From positions 1 through 51,249 of the IMG/VR virus record IMGVR_UViG_3300033145_001039: 51,249 nucleotides of DNA. The stretch is one strand, 5' to 3'. A model generated the notes under the pieces. It saw nothing but the letters and a program-made list of their open reading frames with translations, ran no database searches and was not told where the DNA came from. Origin of the DNA: a virus. Its lineage: Duplodnaviria > Caudoviricetes. This document shows, piece after piece, positions 37,570 to 45,143 of the stretch; the stretch's first letter is position 1; every line of letters begins with the position of its first letter. Made by a program: the position numbers and the translations under genes.

Positions 37570-37577
37570 GCATAATT

Positions 37578-37865
37578 TTATTCCTCTTTGGACTCTAAGT
37601 CAAGCACACAAATCCTGCCGATCTTCTGCATGATTCTGCGCCTGAACGATTTGTCCCAAAGTCGCGCGATCCACAACTTTGAGTCTCCGTACTCCATGAG
37701 GAGATCTATCTGGCCGCCTAAACTTACTCGCGGCCACGATTGCATTATGCTATTGGGGATGCCATCTGGTTCTATGCCCTTCCAACGACATACTTCCTCT
37801 GCAACGCCAATCGCAAGTTGTTTCGCAAGTGCTTCTGTGCAATGCAGCGTGATTTCAGAGTACAT
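37578..37865 (-). CDS. Hypothetical protein
   Basis: RBS AAGGAGG; MYSEITL... Confidence 0.6.
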   Translation of the reverse strand: MYSEITLHCTEALAKQLAIGVAEEVCRWKGIEPDGIPNSIMQSWPRVSLGGQIDLLMEYGDSKLWIARLWDKSFRRRIMQKIGRICVLDLESKEE

Positions 37866-37921
37866 CGTGCCTCCTTTCGGCAGTCCCACTACCAATCCCC
37901 ATTTCGCGTCGGTTTGTCAGG

Positions 37922-38113
37922 CTAGCCATTTTCGCCCTTTTCTCCAAACTCTTTCAAGATATCTGCCAGTTGCTTTGTCTCATCTTTATCGAATGTAATA
38001 TGAAAACCATAATCCGTGTAGACATGCAAATCTCCCAATTTATCCACACGAGCAGTAAATACATCACCCTTGTACTCTCCCACATTGCTTGCTCTCAGAT
38101 CCTGTAAATACAT
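37922..38113 (-). CDS. Small hypothetical protein
   Basis: RBS GAGGAGGT; MYLQDLR... Confidence 0.6.
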   Translation of the reverse strand: MYLQDLRASNVGEYKGDVFTARVDKLGDLHVYTDYGFHITFDKDETKQLADILKEFGEKGENG

Positions 38114-38958
38114 CAGTCCACCTCCTCTTGGTCTTGGCCAATCACAATGCTTCCACCATGAATTACCATCTCGTCTGGCCCATACTCTACCTCCTCTATT
38201 GCCCTTGCTTTCACCGTCCGCACCGGGACGCGTGGAAGTACCCGGAACGTCCTCATACGCTCTTTCGAATAGCGTTGATTGAACTGCTCCCATGCCTCGG
38301 CCGGGGGCAGTTCAGCAAACCATCCCAGTACTTCTTCCAGGTCTCCTTCCGGCACACGTCGCAAAGCACTCGCCACGTCTATATCCACAACCTCTACGGC
38401 ATCCCGCAAGTCTTGTTCTTGAGCCCATCTAGAAGCCCGGATGAACCGCTTTACTTGTGCGCTGGTATAGCCAAGGGCCGCCCCGAGCTCGTAGACATCG
38501 TCCCAACCCACCATGAAGGCCACGTCATGCTCTTTGAACCAGCGGAATATATCGGCGATTAGCCACATGGTAGCCCGGACGCTACGAGCCGCCATCGAAA
38601 GTGTTGCTAACTTTTCCTGGGCGAGCTTGGCATTCTGTCTGTGATAGAACCAGAGTTTTTTATGAGGAACCCTGCGCCCTTCACGGTCCACGACCTCCAG
38701 GCCGGCAGTCAAATCTCCCGGATTCCATCGCACGATCTGGTATGGAATGCCAGGGCCGTGGAGTTTCATGTGACACTGATGACAAACCAAAATGAGGTTG
38801 TCAGGTTGATTGACCTCGGATTCGGGAGAATCCCCACCCATGCCTTGGTGCCTGATATGGGCTATTTCGAGCCCCTCTGTTACAGGCCGATTGTGAAACA
38901 GTTGGCACTCGCCGCCGTCACGTTCCCAAACGTACTTCCGAACTTGCTCGCTGATCAT
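38113..38958 (-). CDS. HNH endonuclease domain fused to a helical/HTH-like C-terminal region
   Basis: VWERDGGEC...EIAHI...NLILVCHQCH..LH. Confidence 0.8.
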   Translation of the reverse strand: MISEQVRKYVWERDGGECQLFHNRPVTEGLEIAHIRHQGMGGDSPESEVNQPDNLILVCHQCHMKLHGPGIPYQIVRWNPGDLTAGLEVVDREGRRVPHKKLWFYHRQNAKLAQEKLATLSMAARSVRATMWLIADIFRWFKEHDVAFMVGWDDVYELGAALGYTSAQVKRFIRASRWAQEQDLRDAVEVVDIDVASALRRVPEGDLEEVLGWFAELPPAEAWEQFNQRYSKERMRTFRVLPRVPVRTVKARAIEEVEYGPDEMVIHGGSIVIGQDQEEVD

Positions 38959-39578
38959 CGACCGCCCCTTTCATTGAGCTTTGTTTGCCAATTTACTGCC
39001 CGTATTTCCCCGACCTCCTTTATGCTCCAGTTTGGCCCCGTGATAGGGATAATCCTCGCATCCGGGGCCAAGAACCGCCGCATAATCCGGGGATCGTACC
39101 TGCGCTGGAACTCATCGTCCTCACCTCCTACCACTAAGTTAGTTGTCACGATTAGGGGTTTCTGATCTCTCCACCTGCGGTCCACCAATACCTCAATCGC
39201 CTCTAGTGCGTACTCAGATGGCTTCTCTACTCCCAAGTCATCTATTACAACCATGGTAGCATCTATGGCCCGCTTAAGTGGATCTTCTCCTCCATGCTGG
39301 ATTGCCCACCTGCGTGCTAAGGCAAGCTCGGCCATAGGCCAATAGACATACCGCCCATGTGGCCATTTAGCATCAAGCTCGTTCAGTAAAGCCGTAACTA
39401 GTCTAGTCTTACCCCGTCCCGTCTTGCCCCACAGAAGGAGAGACCATGATTCACCCGCCACTATCTTTTGACAATATTCAAGGGCTTCGGCAATTCCGTC
39501 GTGTACTTCTATGGCCTCGAAACCACCGTGAAACCGCCGCCCTAGGGGTGCCCCCAAGATCACGTCCCCCTCCCGCAA
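38955..39578 (-). CDS. DnaC/IstB-like AAA+ helicase loader
   Basis: GKTGRGKT Walker A, VVIDDLG Walker B, IVTTNL. Confidence 0.9.
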   Translation of the reverse strand: MREGDVILGAPLGRRFHGGFEAIEVHDGIAEALEYCQKIVAGESWSLLLWGKTGRGKTRLVTALLNELDAKWPHGRYVYWPMAELALARRWAIQHGGEDPLKRAIDATMVVIDDLGVEKPSEYALEAIEVLVDRRWRDQKPLIVTTNLVVGGEDDEFQRRYDPRIMRRFLAPDARIIPITGPNWSIKEVGEIRAVNWQTKLNERGGR

Positions 39579-40435
39579 AGCCTTGCTACCGCCTGGTTAA
39601 GGTCCTCCTCTATGCGGGCAGCATTTGATAGCCGTTGACCGTTGCCGTTCCTCTTGGAAGGCTTTCCCTTTTCCCTCCACTCTAAGGCCCTCTCATAGTA
39701 TTCATCGTAATGCTCTTTACTGAACAAAGTCGCAGGCCGCAAATAGACCCGCATTTTATCATCATCCCCCCATTCTTGGGCGAAGTAGTCAACGATAAGC
39801 TTGAGATGTTCCTTGGGCTTTCCTTCCTTCAACCTCGCCCGGATATACTTCATCTGCCCGCTGTCGGGGGGGAACCGCCGGCTACATTGCTTGTTTAGAT
39901 ACTCCCGGATTTCTTGAGCATCTTCCTCTAGCTGGGGTCGCCCGCCGGGGCGACACGTAGTGTTTTTTTCTATAGTCTTTACTTTTTCTACGTTTTTGAC
40001 TTCTTCTATATGTACCCTGGAATCCCTACCTAGGGAATCCCTACTTACGGAATCCAGACTTGGGCCTTCCTGTCTCGTTTTCTCCCGCTTTGGAGCCGAA
40101 AGTAATGTGATCTTGAGGCCGATGCGGTGTCCTTTCTCATCTCGTTCTTCCTCAACTTCTATGAGGCCCAACTGTTTTAATTTTTCTCTGGCCTTGACTG
40201 CGGTTTCGTAGGTGAGCCCCGAGTAAGTACAGATAGCCCGCATCCCCCCGCGAAGCTCCGCAGTTCTAATGTCGCTCTGTCTCCCATGGTCTGACACTAT
40301 CTCGGTCAAGGCAAGATAAAATGAACGCATAGCAACCAACATATGCCCTGTATAGTGGTCTCGCATAAGACGCAAGGCTTCTTTCTCTTGCCAACACCAT
40401 GTTGCTACCCGCAGATCACGTACTTTTACATCCAT
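39560..40435 (-). CDS. Phage replication initiator (O-like)
   Basis: N-terminal winged HTH, low-complexity linker with iterons, C-terminal YLN...IRARLKEG...YLRPATLF; upstream of DnaC-like gene. Confidence 0.85.
   Translation of the reverse strand: MDVKVRDLRVATWCWQEKEALRLMRDHYTGHMLVAMRSFYLALTEIVSDHGRQSDIRTAELRGGMRAICTYSGLTYETAVKAREKLKQLGLIEVEEERDEKGHRIGLKITLLSAPKREKTRQEGPSLDSVSRDSLGRDSRVHIEEVKNVEKVKTIEKNTTCRPGGRPQLEEDAQEIREYLNKQCSRRFPPDSGQMKYIRARLKEGKPKEHLKLIVDYFAQEWGDDDKMRVYLRPATLFSKEHYDEYYERALEWREKGKPSKRNGNGQRLSNAARIEEDLNQAVARLCGRGT
39961..40063. promoter_or_regulatory. Putative replication origin: three 15-bp iterons plus T-rich tract inside the initiator gene
   Basis: GGAATCCCTACCTAG GGAATCCCTACTTAC GGAATCCAGACTTGG (40019-40063) next to T-rich 39961-40010. 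Confidence 0.7.
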
Positions 40436-40731
40436 GCCGACCGCCCCCTGTTTTGTTTTCCCGCACCATCCCCTTTCCAGCGCCAGACGCCAATAGGTCT
40501 ATGGTGACACTCCCTTCTCTTGCTCTTCTTATACCCTACGCACTCCCAGCCCGGTTCTTTGAAGACCGCTCCCAATGCCCGCAGGTCTACTGTAACAGGA
40601 AGAACCCCCAGACGTTCCCGTACATCATCAATTGTGACCGTGCCTTGTTCCCGAGCAATCTCCTTGGCTATGATGCGGCCAGCGTTGATGAGCCCCGCCC
40701 GGTCTTGTTCGAATAGGCCCATTACATGCAC
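40426..40731 (-). CDS. Hypothetical phage protein (wHTH-like)
   Basis: GTVTIDDVRE...ALGAVFK...GYKKS.R..CH.RPI.VW. Confidence 0.65.
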   Translation of the reverse strand: MHVMGLFEQDRAGLINAGRIIAKEIAREQGTVTIDDVRERLGVLPVTVDLRALGAVFKEPGWECVGYKKSKRRECHHRPIGVWRWKGDGAGKQNRGRSAWM

Positions 40732-40938
40732 TATCTACCCCCTTTCTTGACAGCGGCCCCCGGGGGCAGTACAATCACAATGCCGCCGGGGCGTCGCCGC
40801 CCAGTGTCGCATAAGCTCCCCGCCGGCCTGGAGCCGCCAACTCCAGTCCGTTCCGATTCCCCGCCTCCCTGAATTGGGAGGCCGTTTGCCATCTGCATTA
40901 TAACATGCTGCACGGTACAAATTCAACTCCCGCTGGTC

Positions 40939-41181
40939 TCATAATGCCTTCCCTATAAAGCGCTCAAAGCCAAGCTTCTTCCAGCATTCTTCACACAAGA
41001 CGACGTTGTAGAAGACCCAGCTTCCTTCATGTACATCTATCTCCTCCCTGCTATCGGGCCTGTTGAAAACCACCCGTTTGCTTATAGCCTTGGGCGCATT
41101 ACGACTGATTTCGAACTCGTAGTACACTTCCTTCGCCCTGTCGATCTCCTTCTTGCACTCGTCACAGATGTACTTGATCAT
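40939..41181 (-). CDS. Small zinc-binding protein directly downstream of the repeat array
   Basis: YICDECKKEI...LCEECW; RBS AGGAGGTGA. Confidence 0.75.
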   Translation of the reverse strand: MIKYICDECKKEIDRAKEVYYEFEISRNAPKAISKRVVFNRPDSREEIDVHEGSWVFYNVVLCEECWKKLGFERFIGKAL

Positions 41182-41198
41182 TTTTCACCTCCTAACTC

Positions 41199-41639
41199 TG
41201 GCTCGCTCGGTTCCCCTGGTTCCCTTGACCACTCTGGCTCGCTTCCTAGGCGTGGGTTTCTATTCGTTCACGGCTCGCTAGCCTCCCTCGGTTTTCTCTG
41301 TATTATTGGCTCGCTAATCCTTTCCGGTTTTCTTTAGGACCTCGGCTCGCTCCCCCACGTCGGGTTTCTGCTTTTGAGTGGCTCGCTTCGCGACAGCGGG
41401 TTTCTGTGGCGGCCTAGCTCGCTTCCTGCTATCGGATTTCTGGGGGCAAACGGCTCGCTTTCGCCCGCTGGTTTTCTCTCTTCCCAGGGCTCGCTGCCAA
41501 GAACTGGTTTTCTCTCTCTCCTTGGCTTGCTCACCTATCGCGGGTTGCTCTGTGCCGATGGCTCGCTGTGCCTTTTCGGTTTCCTTCCTTGCTCTGGCTC
41601 GCTGCGGTCTGATGGGTTTCTCCAGAATTCCGGCTCGCC
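41199..41639 (-). repeat. TIGR-like dual-repeat guide RNA array: 12 units of 36 nt, AGCGAGCCR-N9-AGAAA(A/C)CCR-N9
   Basis: GGCTCGCT (or a 1-mismatch variant) recurs on + at 41200 and every 36 bp to 41632, with GG(T/G)TTTCT at the half-period; intervening 9-mers are all different. Confidence 0.85.
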
Positions 41640-41692
41640 CTCTTCCAAACGGCTGGCGACCCGGGAAGCGGTCAAACTCCCCGGGCCGGAAG

Positions 41693-41804
41693 TGGCACCA
41701 CCCCAGCGGATTCGAACCGCCGACCGCAACGGTGGCGGAGGTTAAACCACCGCGCTGCCGGGTTGGGACCCCGGCTTGGCCCCCTACCTTGGGTCTAGGA
41801 TGGC
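41693..41804 (-). tRNA. Atypical 112-nt tRNA-like RNA (8-bp acceptor/5-bp T stem, 6-bp anticodon stem, anticodon CCC, long variable arm, G73-CCA)
   Basis: GCCATCCT/GGGGTGGT acceptor, GGCGG-TTCGAAT-CCGCT T arm, GCCGGG-GTCCCAA-CCCGGC, encoded CCA; D arm weak. Confidence 0.6.
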
Positions 41805-41818
41805 AGTTGTAGGCCATG

Positions 41819-42247
41819 TCAGAACGGGACTCCGTTCTTAGCCCGCTCTTGGGCACCCATAAGGGACTTGCCTACTCCAGGAGCCAAGTATTCTTCGACC
41901 TTCGGTCTGGTCTTACCTTCGTAGGTGTCCTTCTTTACCTTGATGTAGATTGTCTTATCGGGGAGTTCTGCACAACACCGATCTGCCAGATCTTGCAAGC
42001 CCTCGATCTCGTCCTCTGTGCTACCCCCGAGGGCTACCCACACCTGAACCCATTTCCAGGCTGCTTTTGCATTGACCGGGAGGTTGTCCCATATCATGGC
42101 TCCTTCCCAGCCCCCATTATTGACGACCTCCATCTGAAGTGAAACCATGGGATCGCCCGCTTTAGTTTTGCCTGTCGGATCTAAATCTTTGACCCGTACT
42201 TCGTAGATCCCAGGGTCAAGCACACTTATCAAGTCACCCACTTTCAT
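41819..42247 (-). CDS. DUF669-like single-stranded DNA-binding protein
   Basis: LDPGIYEVRV...TKAGDPM...IWDNL...acidic/aromatic C-terminus VPF; follows Sak4-like ATPase. Confidence 0.75.
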   Translation of the reverse strand: MKVGDLISVLDPGIYEVRVKDLDPTGKTKAGDPMVSLQMEVVNNGGWEGAMIWDNLPVNAKAAWKWVQVWVALGGSTEDEIEGLQDLADRCCAELPDKTIYIKVKKDTYEGKTRPKVEEYLAPGVGKSLMGAQERAKNGVPF

Positions 42248-43002
42248 TCCACACCTCCTGCGATAAGCTCCTCGGTGTGAGGCTTACCCTTTTCGGTTTT
42301 CCTTGTTTGCGCGGATTTGGGCTCAAACAATGCCCGCAGCGCCTTGTAGCTCATTGGACACGATCCGGCCTTGTCCAGGATCGGATTCCGGCTCCCAGCC
42401 TCGATGCCCTCATAAGGCCGGAATACGATCTTGCGCTCACCCTTTTCCGTGGTGCAGAACAGGACGTTATCCACTACGGCGAGGGCGAACCTGGCCAAGC
42501 GCCCCGGCAGGTCTATCGTGTGGCCTACCGTGACTTCGCCGATCACTGCCCACCTGGAATGCGCAATGACAAGTACATTGACAGGCAGTTGAGAGAATGC
42601 CTTGATGAGTTCGATTACCCGATTCCGGGCCGCCCCCCAGTCTGCGCCGTAAGGAGCTTGCCCAAGTTGGGTAATACCCATCTCTTCGCAGACCTCACGC
42701 TCGATCCAGTCATTCACCACGTCTATGGTGTCAAGTGCGATCGTCTGATAGGGCAGTTCCCCCTTGTCAACCATGGCCCTTAGCTGCGCGTATACCTCGC
42801 GCAACTCGCCCAGGTTTTTGATCTCAGCCACGTAAGCGCCCTCTACGTAACGGGTGCCGCCTTCCATATCCAAGATCAGGCACTCAGGCCATTGGGCTGC
42901 GAAGGAGCTTTTGCCGATTTTCGGTGCGCCGAATACGAGCCAAGTGCCCCTCTCGGGAAAGCCAGTATCGGCCTTCTTCTTCTCCTTTGGCAGCACTACC
43001 AT
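42244..43002 (-). CDS. AAA_24/Sak4-like recombination ATPase
   Basis: GAPKIGKS Walker A, LDMEGG, IALDTID, VIAHS. Confidence 0.85.
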   Translation of the reverse strand: MVVLPKEKKKADTGFPERGTWLVFGAPKIGKSSFAAQWPECLILDMEGGTRYVEGAYVAEIKNLGELREVYAQLRAMVDKGELPYQTIALDTIDVVNDWIEREVCEEMGITQLGQAPYGADWGAARNRVIELIKAFSQLPVNVLVIAHSRWAVIGEVTVGHTIDLPGRLARFALAVVDNVLFCTTEKGERKIVFRPYEGIEAGSRNPILDKAGSCPMSYKALRALFEPKSAQTRKTEKGKPHTEELIAGGVE

Positions 43003-43922
43003 GTCACCACCTCCTGCAATTCGCTGTGCTTTCGGGTCTGTCTAAATCCCATCTTCCGGGCTAACTTTGAATCATTGATGCAAAGCTCCCGGTATACACA
43101 CCCGTGATAGCGGCATGCGTCGGGGTTTCTCCATGTCGCTCCCTTTCCTATGGCTCTCGCAATTTCAATCAGTTCTTTGCCGATCTGATCGAGGTCATCA
43201 CCAGACTTTGCTATCGCCTCTTTTTGGTAGTACCACTCGGGCCGAGGCTGGGTGCCATTGAAGGGAGCCGTCAGCCCAACTTCAACGGACAACCGCTTAA
43301 AGTAGGCATCAGAATCCTCATTCTTTCTGATACGGATCTGTGGCTTGCGGATGAGGTAATAGATGATCCCGATGGGTTTGAGCCCCAGTTGCCATTGTGC
43401 CCACATGTAGTAGGCCATCTGGTCATCTATCTGGAGCCTGTCTGTGTCTAGCTCTCGGGAACCGGTCTTCCAATCCCACAGCCAAGCATTGCCATGCGGA
43501 TCTTTTGTAATGAGGTCGATCTTCCCGGCCAGGGAAAACTTAGGAGACTTGCGGCCAGTAGCAGTCTTGAGGGGCACGATAAACTCTTTCTCGACTGCTA
43601 CCACCTCGTGCTCCATAGCCCGGACTGGATCGCGGGCCAGGAGCCCTCCAACGAGCACTTCGGCTATGCCCATGTTGTGCTCAGCCTCATCGTCTCCCCA
43701 TGGCGAAGTATTGGAAGTCAGGTGCTCCCGCATGGCTTCGAACGGGTCTTGCCCCCCGTAGTGGGCTCCCAGCCCTACATGAACCAAGGAGCCGAAATAG
43801 GGGGCGGGCTTGGGTTTCAGCGGTTCAAGCCCTTCGTGGTACTTGAACCACCACTTACGCGGGCACGCTTTCCACGTGCCGATTTCCGAACTAGTCAGAA
43901 CTATGCGCTCCGACCGCCCCAT
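42996..43922 (-). CDS. PD-(D/E)XK nuclease, Cas4/RecB-like exonuclease
   Basis: CPRKWW...FGSLVH...VEKEF...GKIDL...DWKT...Q..YY...C...C..RELC; start refined to ATG 43922 (RBS AAGGAGG). Confidence 0.88.
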   Translation of the reverse strand: MGRSERIVLTSSEIGTWKACPRKWWFKYHEGLEPLKPKPAPYFGSLVHVGLGAHYGGQDPFEAMREHLTSNTSPWGDDEAEHNMGIAEVLVGGLLARDPVRAMEHEVVAVEKEFIVPLKTATGRKSPKFSLAGKIDLITKDPHGNAWLWDWKTGSRELDTDRLQIDDQMAYYMWAQWQLGLKPIGIIYYLIRKPQIRIRKNEDSDAYFKRLSVEVGLTAPFNGTQPRPEWYYQKEAIAKSGDDLDQIGKELIEIARAIGKGATWRNPDACRYHGCVYRELCINDSKLARKMGFRQTRKHSELQEVVTW

Positions 43923-43936
43923 GTCTCCTCCTTGTG

Positions 43937-44224
43937 TTATAATGGGGGGCCGCTTTCCGACCGCCCCAAAGTCTGAAACGCGGCTGGCCGCCCCGACCCC
44001 TTGGGGCGGCCACTTCTCTTTAGAGCAAGCTTGCCGCCCACGATGTCTATGCACCATGACCAAGGCGATTGACCATAGCACTTATCCAAGAGGATTTCGT
44101 GGGAGGGATACAGTTTTAGAAGACGAACTTGCACAATCCATGGCCCATCATCGAATAGCACGAGGGCCTTGCCGTGCTCTATCTGGGTAAGAGTCCCAAT
44201 GCGGGTACCATAGCGTACTAGCAC
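43937..44224 (-). CDS. Small protein with SH3/KOW-like beta pattern at the N-terminus
   Basis: GTG after GGGGGCGGTCGGA; VRYGTRIGTLTQIEHGKALVLFDDGPWIVQV. Confidence 0.45.
   Translation of the reverse strand: MLVRYGTRIGTLTQIEHGKALVLFDDGPWIVQVRLLKLYPSHEILLDKCYGQSPWSWCIDIVGGKLALKRSGRPKGSGRPAAFQTLGRSESGPPL
43949..44021 (+). ncRNA. Predicted ~70-nt sRNA carrying CCGACCGCCCC, the complement of the genome-wide start-site motif
   Basis: Extended -10 TGtTATAAT at 43935-43943 on +; seed at 43957-43967; hairpin TGGCCGCCCC-N8-GGGGCGGCCA then CTTCTCTTT. Confidence 0.55.
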
Positions 44225-44237
44225 TCCGACCGCCCCC

Positions 44238-44348
44238 TTGCCTGGATTCTCTGTTCGTGCTACAATACTTCTGGGAGTCATGCGAGGCTCCTTTCGAGGG
44301 GGGCACATTAGACTAGCGGCTCTGTGCCCCTCTCAGTTTTTTTGTTTA
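44238..44348 (+). ncRNA. Predicted OOP-like antisense sRNA unit (promoter + ~70-nt transcript + intrinsic terminator)
   Basis: TTGCCT(44238)-17-TACAAT(44261) with TG extension; GAGGGGGGCACA...TGTGCCCCTCTC then AGTTTTTTTGTTT. Confidence 0.6.
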
Positions 44349-44542
44349 TCTGCGATCTTTATTCCCAACACGCGCTCTAGGCGCATCCTAAACAGCCGCA
44401 ATGGCTTGGTATGTCCCTTTTCCCAGTTATAGATGGTCATGGGAGAACAGCCAAGCTTCGCGGCCAGTTCATCGCGACTCATTCCGAGCCGCTCCCTAGC
44501 AGCTCTGATCTGCATCCCCACCTCCTTTCTCTCTGTCATCAT
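44333..44542 (-). CDS. Cro-like XRE HTH regulator (leaderless)
   Basis: IRAARERLGMSRDELAAKLGCSPMTIYNWEKG..KP. Confidence 0.9.
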   Translation of the reverse strand: MMTERKEVGMQIRAARERLGMSRDELAAKLGCSPMTIYNWEKGHTKPLRLFRMRLERVLGIKIADKQKN

Positions 44543-44548
44543 CGAACT

Positions 44549-44577
44549 ATTATATAAAGTTTTGATGCAAAAGTCAA
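44549..44577 (-). promoter_or_regulatory. sigma70 promoter TTGACT-17-TATAAT for the cro-like/early operon, with an overlapping imperfect palindrome
   Basis: -35 at 44572-44577, -10 at 44549-44554; AGTTTTGATGCAAAAGT dyad; ATG 7 nt downstream. Confidence 0.8.
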
Positions 44578-44727
44578 GTCTTGGGGGAAAGCCTGTCTAG
44601 AACAGAGGCTTGCACTTTTGGCGTTGCGGGAAGAAGCAGTATCGCATGTACGGGCATCGGTATCAGCCAATTATATTGTGATTGTTTGCGCGTGACAAGG
44701 GCAACGGACCAATGTCCCGCATACTGG

Positions 44728-45135
44728 CTAATCGGGTTCTTGTCTGCGAAAGAGCGATGGCAGCATCCGCCTCCACCGGGGAACCCGGAGAAGATCCACC
44801 TGGCGCTCAAGCTCATTCAGCCGCTTTTCTAACTCATTGAGCCGGATCTGGACCAATCTGACCTCTTTTCTTAGTGCTGGCTCCCTCTCTTTGGTCAAGT
44901 CTAACTCCCTGCGCAATTCCTCCGAGGCTTGACGGATGGTTCGGCCCTCTTTGATAAGTTCGTGGAGCCGCTGTAGCAATGCCACTCCATTGTCCGTGAG
45001 TATGATCTGGTTATGGGGGCCGCGCCGGATCGCCTGCATAGAGTCCAGAATATCACGGATAGCATTCAAACGGGATCTTAGTTCGTTGTACTTCAACCCG
45101 AGCATCTTTTCGAGTTCCGGCAGGGTCAATGGCAT
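44728..45135 (-). CDS. HTH/coiled-coil protein (MerR/RacA-like architecture)
   Basis: N-terminal HTH-like, C-terminal coiled coil ending PRWRRML. Confidence 0.65.
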   Translation of the reverse strand: MPLTLPELEKMLGLKYNELRSRLNAIRDILDSMQAIRRGPHNQIILTDNGVALLQRLHELIKEGRTIRQASEELRRELDLTKEREPALRKEVRLVQIRLNELEKRLNELERQVDLLRVPRWRRMLPSLFRRQEPD

Positions 45136-45143
45136 ACCCTATT

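Noticed and set aside
38113-38958. HNH protein as a TasH effector for the array
   Set aside because: The C-terminal region looks helical/HTH-like with no recognisable Nop motif; not excluded without a structure search
41199-41639. CRISPR array
   Set aside because: Repeats are only 8-9 nt and of two alternating types with 9-nt spacers; no cas operon is present, and the Cas4-like gene sits in a standard Sak4/SSB recombination module
41314-41856. 180-aa ORF with 12-aa RA...EK(P/T) repeats, and other overlapping ORFs
   Set aside because: It overlaps the tRNA-like element and stops inside the array while the 36-bp period continues; conservation is at nucleotide level, so it is best read as a shadow of the array
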